Assembly (NCBI RefSeq): GCF_009914755.1
Contig: NC_060928.1
Length of the DNA: 64,000 nucleotides
Strand: one strand, 5' to 3'
Origin: the human T2T-CHM13v2.0 reference genome, Homo sapiens
Shown here in pieces: positions 28,671 through 40,388 of this stretch (positions are counted from its first letter, which is position 1; every line of letters begins with the position of its first letter). The notes under the pieces are model-generated. The model worked only from the letters and a program-made list of their open reading frames with translations, was not told where the DNA came from and ran no database searches. The translations under genes and the position numbers were made by a program.

Positions 28671-30024
28671 TTTTTTTTTTTTTTCCTTTTTTACGTGGTA
28701 GTTTTAACTATACCCTGAGAATGAGTAATATTCTTGATTAGATTCTGAGTTGGATTTCTAAGTGTAGCTCCTGAGTCAACTTATTTTAATGTTTTATTGC
28801 CACAGTCTCTACCCTCAGGAAGGTCCTTAGTTTCTTCGTTTTTTCCTTGGCTACATGTGAAGGTGCCATTGCAGAATATGCCCCACTAGGTACTGTACAG
28901 TTTCCTTAGCCTGAGCTGTGCCCATAGAAACTTGAGAGCCAAAAGGTCTCAAGCATTCACTATATTTTATAATCTATACTGCTGGCACTTTGGGCAATAC
29001 AACTGCCCTTCAAATGTTAGATTTGTTATGTCTATATTTGGTATGTAAAATAGTTTAAATTTTAAAAATTCAATTTACTGAGCTCTGTTAAAAATCAGGG
29101 TGTGGCAGAGATCCAAACAGCCTGAAAATACAATTTCCACATTCCTAGTCAGTCACACATAAAATAGTAGAGCTCTTTTCTTAGGAAAATGTGACCAGTA
29201 AGATGGCTAAGTTTGTGCTTGCTAATATAAACAATAAAATATTAAGTGTATTTACTCTTTTATTTATAAAGGACTTACTCTCAGGAATAGTAAAGCATTG
29301 TTACATAGTCTAGCTCATAACAAACAATTTGAGGTGAGTGAATTTTATGGTTTTGGCTTATTGATTTATATTTTGTTTTAACATAAAGGATAGCTAACCC
29401 CTACAAATACCTACCATTAAAATAGTTTTTATATATGTTCAAGGAATTTTATTTGGATAAAGATAACACAGGTCTTCTTTTACTTCTTTACAAAAGAATA
29501 TTAAAATCAAGCATTTCAATTATAATCAGTCAAGACGTTTATTCAGAGAGCTTTCTAAATATCAAATGTCTCTTCACAAAGGCTATGTCTGTTTTCTTTA
29601 TTATCTTCCCTTAGTTGCAATATGTCTCTGGTATCGGTTTTCTGTCTTCTCAGACATAAGTAATTGAGTTTTCAAGCAGCATAAGAGAAACATCATATTC
29701 CGTCAGAGTGAGACTTCAAACTTCTGAGTGTATCTATTCAGGAATCCTGGGAAATGTAAATTATCTCATGACAAATTTAGGCCCTTAATAATGTGGCTGC
29801 ATTTCTTCATATATGTTCTGCTTAGGATAGGTCATAGTTTTTGGAATTCCCATTTCTTGAATGTCTGTGTTATAGAGATTAAGGAGTATTTCTGACAAAG
29901 CACATCTCTCATTGGCCACATAAAGTATTTGTTTTTCAAATTTGTATTTTTTCTCTTAGGATCATATCTCCCCTTGTCAATGACTAAAAAATTAGAAACG
30001 TCTGACCTCTTTCCAGATGACTTT

Positions 30025-30291
30025 TATTATGTGCTGAATCGTGGCCTCCCAAAATTCATAAGTTGAAGCCTAGCCACCTATTTGATGACAGGATCTTTAG
30101 GGAGATGCTGTAATAAAGTTTAAATGCAGTCACAGGGGTGGTGCCCTATTCCAACAGGACTGGTGTCCTTAGCAGAAGGGGAGACACCAGAGCACTCTGT
30201 CTCTGTTTCTGTTGTTCCCTCTCTGCACATACACAGAGAAGAAGCCATGAGAGGACAGACACAGGGATAAAACAGCTGTCTGCAAGCCAGC
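30025..30291 (+). mobile_element. MLT1A-type LTR, 5' two-thirds
   Basis: 'ctgaatcgtggcctcccaaaattcataagttgaagcc...ggactggtgtccttag...ctgtctgcaagccag'. Confidence 0.75.
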
Positions 30292-31358
30292 TAAGTGGAC
30301 TAAAAGCCTGAGCATTTAATTTCAATATTGTTTGGAAATGGTAACTCTTCAAATAGCATGTTATTCATTGTGATGTGATATAGAGTTAAAATATATTTCA
30401 GTGATAATACTATTAGTATCTAAGAATCACCCCGATACGTAACTTGATACATTTCTTCATGAAATAGATAATTCAAATTCACCAAGCAGCCCTTCTTACA
30501 AGGAAGAATTTAGGTCAAGACAGATGTTTTATTTCATCTGTCTGATTAGCCATAAAAATAGTAATTAATATGTGCTGATTAAAAAAAATAAATGATCAAA
30601 CTGTTTAGTGTCCATAATGGATGTTAGCATAATGGGATTTGTTGTCCACCACTTAGGTCATTTGTAATTTTAGTTCTTTTTATCTATTTTATTCTTCTTA
30701 TTTCTCCATTATAGATTATTCTTATATATTCAATAATTACAGGTTATTTTATGTTTATTATGTGTGCCAATAGCCATGCCCACGTGTTTTTTTTCTGAGA
30801 GAGATAATCTTCTCTCCCTTTACTTCATTATCAGTAATTTAAGATTATCAGTCTTTCCCAGAAGAACTGTATTTTATTTCTTTTCCTTGAGCCACTTTGT
30901 CCAATAGAGGACTTGCTCAGTGCCACATAATAATAAATATTTTAACAAAGAGTATTAATACTGTACCTTTGATGTTGCCACCAGTAGGAGTTTTAATTGG
31001 CCTTTATTGCTTAAGGCCTTCTTATTTTCATTGCCCTTGTCAAAGATGAGAAACACTCACATTATAAAAGTGTCCCTAAAAGTGTTGAACTATCTGGAAT
31101 ATATGGTTTTCTTTCATTCCTGAAAAGTAACCAATTCACTTCTGAGCTCATACCTTTCTTGTATCACCTTATTTGTGTGCAACGAAGGCACAGTATAACA
31201 TTACTGACTAATCACTCCACCTAAAACCACAAATGGAATCAGTACATTACTAGCCTTCCAAGTTACGACAGGTGACACTTCTACTAAATGTTTTACCCCA
31301 GAATAATATGGATTGTCATCTTTTCAGACTCTCACAGAGAGTCTCAGTACACATTGGC

Positions 31359-31776
31359 TGTATTAGTCCATTCTCACACTGGTATAAAAGAAATACCAGA
31401 CACTGGGTAATTTATTTAAAATCGAGATTTCATTGGCTTATGGTTCCACAGGCTATACAGGATGTATGATGCTGGCCATCTGCTTGGCTTCTGGGGAAGC
31501 CTCAGGAAACTTACAATGATGACATAAATTGAAGGGGAAGCAGGCATGTCTTACATGGCTAGAGAAAGAGCAAGAGAGAAAGGGAGAGGGTGCTAGAAAC
31601 TTTTAAACAAGCAGATCTCATGAGAACTCTATTAGGAGAATGGCACTAGGGGGATGGTGCTAAACCATTAGAAATCACCCCCATGACCCAATCAGCTTCC
31701 TCCAGTCCCCACCTCCAGCACTGGGGTTACATCTTAACATGAGATTTGAATGGGGACACAGATCCAAACCATATTA
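31359..31776 (-). mobile_element. MSTA LTR
   Basis: 'tgtattagtccattctcacact...cttctggggaagcctcaggaaacttacaat...ggggacacagatccaaaccatat'. Confidence 0.9.
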
Positions 31777-33011
31777 TTCTACCCCTGGCCCCTCCCAAAT
31801 CTCATGCCCTTCTCACATTTCAAAATACAATCATCCTTCCCAACAGTCCCCCAAAGTCTTAGTTCATTTTAGCATTAACTGAAATGTCCGAAGTCCAAAG
31901 TGTCATCTGAGACAAGGCTAGTGCCTTCTGCCTATGAGCATGTAAAATCAAAAAACAAGTTAGCTACTTCCAAAATAAAATGGGGGTACAGATAAATACT
32001 CTTTGGTAAATACTCCCATTCCAGGGAAAATTAAGCCAAAAGAAGGGATATACAGTGCCATGCAAATCCAAAGCCCAGCAGTGAAGTCATTAAATCTTAA
32101 AGTTACTAAATAATCACCTTTGACTCCATATCTCACATTGAGGGCATACTGGTGCAAGGGGTGGGTTCCCAATGTATTCGGCAGCTCCACCCCTGTGGTT
32201 TTGCAGGGTTCACCCCACATGGTTGTTCTCAAGGGCTGGCGTTGAGTGTTGGTGGCTTTTCTAGGTGCAGGATGTAAGCTGTCAGTGGATCTACCTTTCT
32301 GGGGTTTGGAGGACGGTGGCCTTCTTACAGCTCCACTAGGAAGTTTTCCAGTGGGGACTCTGCTGGGGATCCAACCCCACATTTCCCCTCTGCACTGCTC
32401 TAGTAGAAGTTCTCCATGAGGGCTCCACCCCTGCAGAAGACTTCTTCCTGGACATCCAGGCTTTTCCACATGTCCTCTGACATTGAGGTGGAAGCTCCCA
32501 AGATTCAACACTTGCACCCTTTGCACCCACAAGCTTAACACCACGTGGATGGCTTCCACCCTGTGAAGCAGCAACGCAAGCTGTACCTGGGCCCCTTTGA
32601 GCCACAGCTGGAGCTGGAGTGGCTGGGATGTGGGGAGCAGTGTTGTGAGGTTGTGCAGGGTGGCAGGGACCTGGGCCTGGGCCAGGCCCATGAAACTTCC
32701 CTCGTAGGCCTCTGGGCCTGTGATGGGAGGGGCTGCCGCAAAGGTCTCTGATATGCCCTGAAGGCCCTTTCCTCTTTGCCTTGGCTATTAGCAATTGGCT
32801 CCTCTTTATTTATGCCAATTTCTGTAGCCTGTTTGAATTCCTCTCCTGAAAATGGGCTTTTCTTTTCTACCACATGACCAGGCTGCAAATTTTCCAAACT
32901 TTTACACTCTGCTTCCCCTTTAAATATAAGGTCCAGTTTCAGGTCATTTCTTTGCTAATGCATATGAGCATATGTTGTTAGAAGCAGCTAGGCTATATTT
33001 TGAATGCCTTG
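31777..33011 (-). mobile_element. MSTA-internal, truncated (second LTR missing)
   Basis: Begins 'ttctacccctggcccctcccaaatctcatg' directly after the LTR. Ends abruptly at 'ttgaatgccttg'. Confidence 0.9.
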
Positions 33012-33131
33012 AGCAAACGAATAAGAAAATGTGATATATATGCACAATGGATATTATTCAGCCCTAAAAAAAAAAAAAACCAAAACAGGAAAGGCTGACA
33101 TTTGCCACAACATGGATGGACCTGGAGAAAA
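33011..33131 (+). repeat. Inverted local copy of 33487-33596 (L1-derived)
   Basis: 'ctgacatttgccacaacatggatggacctggag' is the exact reverse complement of 'ctccaggtccatccatgttgtggcaaatgtcag'. Both end at the same point. Confidence 0.85.
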
Positions 33132-33138
33132 TCATACA

Positions 33139-33293
33139 TTTTCAGGAGTCATACTGGAAATTCAAATCCACTTAAGGGGCACATAATTTTGGACAAGATA
33201 ATTAAATTCTGGAGACTTTTACCTAACTGGGCAGGAAGGTAAGTGGGATAATAGAAGGAGTAAATGGAAGAGTAAATAGAAAGAGTAAATGGA
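33139..33293 (+). repeat. Direct local copy of 34290-34420
   Basis: 'ttttcaggagtcatactggaaattcaaatccacttaaggggca' is identical in both. Similarity continues to 'gagtaaatggaa'. Confidence 0.92.
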
Positions 33294-33410
33294 TCTGGTG
33301 CCTTGATCTTGGACTTATTAGCCTCCAGAAAGGTGAGGAATAAATTTATGTTGTTTATAAGCCACTCAGTTTATGGTATTTTGTTATAGCAGCCCAAACA
33401 AACTCATGTA
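33294..33410 (+). mobile_element. MLT1A-type LTR, 3' end
   Basis: 'tgccttgatcttggactt...aataaatttatgttgtttataagccactcagtttatggtattttgttatagcagccc'. Confidence 0.8.
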
Positions 33411-34110
33411 CTAAGTACTACTCTTCTGAGTACCTTATTCATATTAATTAATTTTTATAAGTATACCATTATGTAGGAGATAGTACTTTTTCCTCCAGGT
33501 CCATCCATGTTGTGGCAAATGTCAGGCTTTCCTGGTTTTTTAAGGCTGGATAATAACTATTGCATATATATAATACTTTTTTTATTCATTTGCTTATCAA
33601 TGTATATTTAGGTTGTTTCCATATTTTGGCTATTGTGAATAAATGCTTCAACTAACATAAGAGTGCAGAAACTTATAAAAGGTGGTGATTTCATCCCCTT
33701 TGGATGTATAGCCAGAAAAATGATTACTGGATCATGTGGTAGTTCTATTTCTTTATTTCCTTAGGAACCTTCATACTGTTTTTCTTAATGGTTGTTCCAA
33801 TCTACATTCCCATCAACAGTGTACTAGGGTTCCCTTTTCTGCACATCCTTACCAACATTTTTTATCTTGTGTCTTTTAGATAACAGCTATTCTTATGTGT
33901 GTGAGGTGATACCTCATAGTAGTTTTAACTTACATTTCCCTGATGATTAGTGATCTTGAACACTGTTTCATAGACCTGTATATTTTACAGATGAAAGAGC
34001 TGAGGCACAGAAAGTTGGCAGGTAGTTTGTGAAAAATCACATAAGTATTAATTTGCCATTCTTGTTTGAACTAGGATATCTAGTGCCAGAGTCTGAACTC
34101 AATTATTACA
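33411..34110 (-). mobile_element. MIR split by an L1 fragment
   Basis: 'attatgtaggagatagtact' resumes as 'attttacagatgaaagagctgaggcacagaaag...gccagagtctgaactc'. Confidence 0.65.
33487..33980 (-). mobile_element. L1MA/MB internal fragment without a 3' tail
   Basis: 'ggttgtttccatattttggctattgtgaat', 'tacattcccatcaacagtgtactagggttccc', 'catttccctgatgattagtgat'. Confidence 0.85.
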
Positions 34111-34884
34111 GGATTTTTTTGTTTATATTTTATTTATTTATGTTTGAAAATTAGATCTTACTTAGTTTAATGGAATATAGAAAGCATCACAAGTTTAAGG
34201 CTTAAAAGGAAAGAAATATTGAGAATAGACCATACCTCAAACCACCACGTGGAGGCTTTTTTAAACACTTATAAACACAGGAAAAAAAGTTTTCAGGAGT
34301 CATACTGGAAATTCAAATCCACTTAAGGGGCATATACTTTTGGACAAGATAGTTAACTTCTGGAGACCTTCACCTACCTGGGCAGGAAAGTAAGTAGGTT
34401 AGTAGAAAGAGTAAATGGAAAAATATATAACATGGTGTTCAGAGCGTGTTAGATTTATAATAAAAGTTAGTTTCCTTTCCTGGACCGGATCTTCTAATTC
34501 AATTTTCAAACTAAAAGAACTTTTTGAAAACAGCTAATTAAATATTATGTGAACTTTTCCATACAATAACTATGAGCACATGTGTTATGGTTGAAGTGAC
34601 AGTGAAAGGGGGAACTCTATCAGCTTGCTGATCACTGCCCTTTCCTACTACTACCTCCCTGAATCAAATACACACTGGACTATCATGGAGTTAAATTAAT
34701 AGATTTACAGAAGATCCAGGTAGATTTCAAAAGAGGAGTAGAATTTTGGAGGAACTGAGACAATACCTTATCCAACAGATTTGTTTTATGTCAGAGAATT
34801 CCACTAGCTTGGTGACCTTATTCAATCATGTGGCTTTAAAACTGTCTATTGAACCACTTACAAATTTATATCTTTGGTCCAAAC

Positions 34885-35450
34885 TGAGGTAGGTAGATAG
34901 GGTGGTCATAGCCTCCCTTAAAGGGAAACAAAGTTGCCAAACAGGTAAAGAGAACATACTGCTCGATAGTGCCCAAACAGCATCCAGGGCTTGTGGTTAG
35001 AATATCCTGCAGCAAGGAAGAAGAAGAGCAGAAGTGAAAATCCCCAAATTTGAGCAAGCACACAAAATCCATGACTAGTGTCCTTGGGTTGATGTATGCT
35101 CATGATAATACTAAAAAACACAGCACTGAGTGGATAATTAAGATGTTAATGAGACGTGAGGTATATTCTAGCATGTACAGCAATTGTGCATGTGCACCCA
35201 GGAGACCACCAGCAACATGCTTAACAGCAATGTCTGTCCCCATCCTCTTATGAATAATCCTACAAACATCCTATAAAGAGAAATTCCCCAATGTCAGATG
35301 GGGCTGTCATTCCTGAGAAGCCTGTGCTGACCCAGCTATCAGAGTGTACCCTTTCATTGGAATAAACTTATTTGCCTACTTTTATTTTGGACTCACTCTC
35401 AAATTCTTCTTTGCAGCAAGGTCAAGATCCTGAACCAGCCATCAACAACA
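34885..35450 (+). mobile_element. ERV1-class solo LTR (MER66/73-like; family tentative) within an L2 fragment
   Basis: TG...CA termini, 'cctataaa', 'aataaact', 'ttggactcactctcaaattctt'. 4-bp TSD aaac/taac. Confidence 0.7.
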
Positions 35451-35532
35451 TAACCACCCTCCTAAATTTGGTTCTCATACATCTAACTACCAAAATATAT
35501 TTCAAAATTATCCCAAACTACTCTTAATGGCA

Positions 35533-36041
35533 AGTAGATTAGTTTAGATTGCCCCCAAAGCAGAACAAGGGACAAAGATTAGGGTACAAAAATTATATTT
35601 GAGATATTATCATAGAAAAAGGAGAGGGGGACTCAGAAAATTGAGTCAAAATAGTAAGAAAAGGCAATATAAGAGTACGTTTTCACGGTAATGATTGTCA
35701 AAAATGGGGGCTCATTTCTACAAGGATCTTCTAAAAAGCAATCTGAATGCTTCTGAAATTTTCTACCTGAATGATGGGATGCTGAAGCATTGATAAACAG
35801 GCTCCTCTATCTCACTCTTGAAGGTGTCCCCAGAGGTATTACCTCCTTCATGCTTCATGCATTTACAAGTCAGTGAAATGGGCTTCTGCAGCTTCAGAGA
35901 AGACCCTAAGACAGAAACAGAAAGGAATCCTGTGAACTCTTGAGGAAAAAAGGGTCATTTGTAATAGGGACCACATCTGTGACTGATTTGGAGGTTGGTT
36001 AAAGGGCTGTTATGTGGGATATATTGGTAGTATCTGCTACA
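35533..36041 (-). mobile_element. Old ERVL-type LTR (LTR33/LTR67-like; tentative)
   Basis: 'gcccccaaagcagaacaagggacaaagatt' at one end and 'atctgctaca' at the other, abutting ERVL internal sequence. Confidence 0.55.
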
Positions 36042-37017
36042 TTTTCTGTCTTGTTTCACTCCAGTCTATGTGTGCCCCATGTAATCCATACTGCCACTAA
36101 GTTTTCAAGGAGGTGGCTGTCCATAATCTCTATGAACCACTAGCATTGAAAACAGGCAAAAACTGACTAACATCCATCAAATGAGTTATTCTGCCTACCT
36201 TGTTTTTGAGAGCTAACAAAACCTGTTCTTTGTTGGGCATTCACATAAGACACAGATATATGCATTCTTTGTACCTATTCCTCTAAGTATATTTAATGCT
36301 TCTTTTATAGACTTCTATGTCTCTAATTTTCAAATGTTGCTTTTTCTAGGCACATGACCAAATAGCCAAGCCATTCACTACTGCCAACAGTTGACTGACA
36401 GCCTTTCTTCAGACACTTCTTCTTCTATACAAAGTGTTTGACTGAATTTGCTCATCACCCTGACCCCTTGGAGGATTTATTTTCATTCCTATTCTTCAGA
36501 CCACCATGAATTGATTTGTCAAGTGGCAGCATTGGCTAACACTCGTATATGCAGCAAACCCATCTGTGACCTAGATCTCAGTTTCTTTACTTCTTCCCAA
36601 GCAAGTTATAGAACAAACTCATGTGTCCATAGAAGTGAGATGGGGAGGCATCGGTTCGACAACAATAGGAGAGATAGGGATTTGGGCAATCTAGTGCTGG
36701 AACTTACATGTGTCCTCAATATCTGCTTAGACCTGATTTCCAAAGTATCTTTTCAGTGTATGATGGCTTGCTATTTTACCCACCAAACTATGATTTGGCA
36801 GATTTGATAAGACTCAGTTCATCGTAGGCAGCTATATTCCCTTAATCTCCTATTATCAGTCACCCAGTCTCTGCTAAAAGCCAGCTTTTCAAATGATCCG
36901 TAGTTCTTGGATGTTAAAGGAATGGCTTTACTCCAAAATCACAGTGGCCTAAGCTGAAGCTTTCCAAACACAACTAAGGATCTTTAACTTTTAGTACAAT
37001 TAACACATTTAACATTA

Positions 37018-37271
37018 TGTATTAGTCCATTTTCACGCTGATGATAAAGACATACCCAAGACTGGGCAATTTACAAAAGAAAGGTGTTTAACTGGACTTA
37101 AAGTTCCACATAGCTGGGGAGGCCTCACAATCATGGTGGAAGGTGAGGGGGAGCATGTCACATGTTATGTGGATGGTGGCAGGCAAAGAGAGAGCTTGTG
37201 CAGAGAAATTCCCTTTTTAAAACCATCAGATCTCATGAGACCCATTTACTATCTCAAGAACAGCACTGGAA
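37018..37271 (-). mobile_element. THE1B-like LTR, truncated
   Basis: 'tgtattagtccattttcacgctgatgataaagacatacccaagactgggcaatt...aaaaccatcagatctcatgagac'. Confidence 0.9.
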
Positions 37272-37578
37272 TCCTTTTTTTCCCCTTATACTTCAATAGT
37301 ACCTTCTGAGAAATATTTTAAATAGAACAAGGAGTATTCCCAAGTGCAATACATACTTCCAGGAAGCAAATAGGTGTACCAAATGTTTTGCTAATTTTAT
37401 TTTGTTAAGAGAGAGACAGGATTTCACTCTGGTCACCCACGCTGGAGTGTAGTGGCAATCATAGGTCACTGCAGCCTTAAACTCCTGGGCTCAAGTGATC
37501 CTTCTGCTTCAGCCTCCTGAGTAGCTGGAACTATAGGCATGTGCCACCACACCCAGCTCTCTCTCTGTCTCTGCCTCT

Positions 37579-37582
<4 letters not shown>

Positions 37583-37628
<46 letters not shown>
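37583..37628. repeat. (CA)n microsatellite
   Basis: Seen directly. Confidence 0.95.
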
Positions 37629-37631
<3 letters not shown>

Positions 37632-37640
37632 TGGGTGTAG

Positions 37641-37712
37641 AATTAACACAGTTAACATTATGTATTAGTCCATTTTCATGCTGATGATAAAGATACCTGA
37701 GACTGGGCAGTT
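37641..37712 (+). repeat. Direct local copy of 36998-37071 (THE1 LTR junction)
   Basis: 'aattaacaca(g/t)ttaacattatgtattagtccattttca(t/c)gctgatgataaaga' is shared, including the non-LTR flank. Confidence 0.92.
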
Positions 37713-37726
37713 CAGACTACTGCCAT

Positions 37727-37729
<3 letters not shown>

Positions 37730-37795
<66 letters not shown>
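37730..37795. repeat. (TA)n microsatellite
   Basis: Pure TA run of about 65 bp. Confidence 0.95.
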
Positions 37796-37798
<3 letters not shown>

Positions 37799-38385
37799 AT
37801 GGGGTCTTGCTATGTTGCCTAGGCCAGTCTTGAACTCCTGGACTCAAGCAATCCTCCCATCTTGGCCTCCCAAAGTTCTGGGATTACAGGAGTGAGCCAC
37901 CAAGCCCAAACTGTCTCATTTTTAATGATAGGAAGTGTAAATTCCAACTGGTCCTTTATTTAAGAGATAAGTCTTAGAGTGTCCCAGGCTATTGGACCCC
38001 TAAAAGACTATTGATGTGGCAGGCTTCTAAATCGTTATGGAGTTTCTCCCCTACCCTCTTGAATACACGTAATACTAAGGTATTTAGAGTACTTGACACT
38101 CCTGTATATCTGGTCTGATGAGCATGATATCATCAAATATTGAAACAGCATAATAGTTGATGGAATATCAAGAGAAATAAGACTGCTGAAAAACATATGG
38201 TGACAAATAGCAGGACAGTTAACATTTCTGTAATAAGAGTTTGAATAAATACTCTTTTCTCACATAAAAACAATCTTCTTTTGATTCTCTTGCATAAGGG
38301 AATAAAAATAACTGATTCACCATATCAATAAGTACATATCAAGTACCAGAGGGTGAGTTGATCTTTTCCAGTACAGATATTATAA

Positions 38386-38826
38386 GCTATGGCGTTGAAT
38401 TGTGACCCTTAAGAAGATATGTTGAGGCCCTAAACCTCAGTACCTCTAAATGTGAGCATCCTTGAAAACAGTGTCTTTTTCAGATGTAATCAAGTAAAGA
38501 TGAGGTTATGAAGATGGGCCTTAATCCAATATGGCTCATGTCCTTATAAGAAGACAGAGACACAAAGGGAAAATGCCATGTGATGGCAGAGATGGAGATT
38601 GAAGTGATGCTGCTGGAAGCCAAGAGACACCAAGAATTCACGGCTACCAACAGAAGCTAGGAAGAGGCAAGGAGGGATTCCACCTAAAATTGCAGTGGGA
38701 TTACGGCCCTATCAACTCTTTGATTCTGGACATCTAGCTCCCAAACTGTCAAAGAATGCATTTCAGTTGTTTTTGAATCATCTAGTTTGCAGCATTTTAT
38801 TACAGAAGCCCGAAGAAACTAAACTA
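38386..38826 (+). mobile_element. MLT1C-type solo LTR
   Basis: 'gatatgttgaggccctaaacctcagtacctc...cagaagctaggaagaggcaaggagggattc...gaaactaaacta'. Confidence 0.85.
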
Positions 38827-40204
38827 CCACATCAGGCCTAGTCATTGAGATTTGAACTTCCATTGGTTAAGATTATGATAATCCATTGTTATTTACCTCA
38901 GTCTATCTAGTTTGTGTAGTGGCCACTAGGTAAATTGAATGGGTGAATGATGGGGCCATCACTCCAGACTACATGAGTGACACAAATATCTGCAATTCAG
39001 TGAGAATGTGGTTTTGCTTCCAATAATGTTTTGGCTGGGATTGCAGGAAATTGGCAGTTTAAAGAGCCTCACTTTACCGTCCTACCATAATAATTCTACT
39101 CCATTGATCAAAGAAACAATGTGATAGTTATTTCAGTTGTGAAGTATATTATCACAATTATGTATTCAGGGATCAGACAGTGAGCACCAGGGACACATCA
39201 GATTCACTACATTATACACTTGGGTCCTTTATCACCTTGTCCCTAAATGCCACAACTCCAATTAGACACGGGACATGAGGTCATCTTAAGTCCACAGTAT
39301 CAATGTCAGGTCAGATTCTGTATCAAATGCTCTTGAAGATCTGATTATTTCCTTTTCCCTAAGTTATAGTTATTCTAGTAAATGGCTACAGGTCTTTTTG
39401 AGGGAAAAATCTTGGGAAATAACTGCTGTATTGCTGTATATACTGTTGTGTTATTTCAAGGCCATTCCTCAAGATGACTTAATCTCTTCTTTAATTGAGC
39501 ACTAGGCTTGAGAACTGGCTAGGAGCTGAAAGTGTTTGAAGAATTGCAATTGCACATTGTAGTGGAATATATATTTATTCCAATTATACAAGTCCAGCAG
39601 GTGCCCTAAGAGAAAATGTTATATTAGTTATTGTCACAAATTCTTGCTAGTCAAAGAACTCTGGTAATAGTACCACAGTGGCAAACAGGGTTCTTTGACC
39701 AGCAAAGCAGCGTTCTTTGACTAATAATTATAATCAGCAATTATGCTCCCATAATTGCCAGTTCTAGTAATTATGTCTACTGTGCTCCTAATAATTAAGT
39801 GCTACCACTTGAGCTCTGCTATTTCCGTATCTTATTTTCTCCATTGACATGAGAGCATACAGTTAGTTACACAGTACAGATGATAGCAATTTCTGAACTT
39901 CTCAGAGGTGCCAGTGCACCCTGACTACATAGAGTATCCCTATTGCCTTAATATAAATAATGTCCCCTGCGTCTTCTAGGGAGCATAGGCAAGTAGTAGT
40001 TTTTCTGTTTGCATGCAATAAATCCATTTTAACATTCTACCGCACCCTTTATTCTAGCAGTCTATCTTTTTCCATCTTCTGACCCTTCCCACAATACTTT
40101 GCCAAAGGATCTCCAACATTTCTACCTTATTTCCTTTAGGCCTTTTAAAAAAATAGAATTTGTACACACAAAGATAAATTATATTTTACTCTTTAATCAT
40201 GCAA

Positions 40205-40388
40205 GTGTCACTACTTGTATCATTGCCCTTGGGCATATATCTCAATCTTTTGTGCTTTTCCTGTAAAATGTAGATAATAATTGCACCTACTATGATGTTT
40301 GTTAAGGTTCAAAACATGCAAAGAATTTAGAACAATGACTGAAACATAATATGTATTCAAATAATATGCTCTGCAATTATTATTATTA
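40205..40388 (+). mobile_element. MIR
   Basis: 'ccttgggcatatatctcaatc...ctgtaaaatgtagataataattgcacctac'. Confidence 0.75.

Larger units (their letters stand above)
37395..37911 (-). mobile_element. AluJ whose middle linker is expanded into (CT)n/(CA)n, an insert and (TA)n
   Basis: Right arm 37395-37557 and left arm 37796-37911 both carry J-type 'ctcctgg(g/a)ctcaag'. Confidence 0.88.
36042..40130 (-). mobile_element. Ancient ERVL internal relic (gag-pro-pol), interrupted by THE1, Alu and MLT1C
   Basis: Hand translation of the minus strand: protease-like 'AFDTESDLTLI' (~39300-39330), RT-like 'IFDDIML' (~38120-38142), RNase H-like 'AVVNGLAIWS' (~36355-36388). Confidence 0.65.

Noticed and set aside
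31960-32897. 243-aa ORF and overlapping ORFs
   Set aside because: They lie within MSTA-internal sequence, where MaLR-like peptide is spread across several frames (frameshifted relic). No evidence of a domesticated gene.
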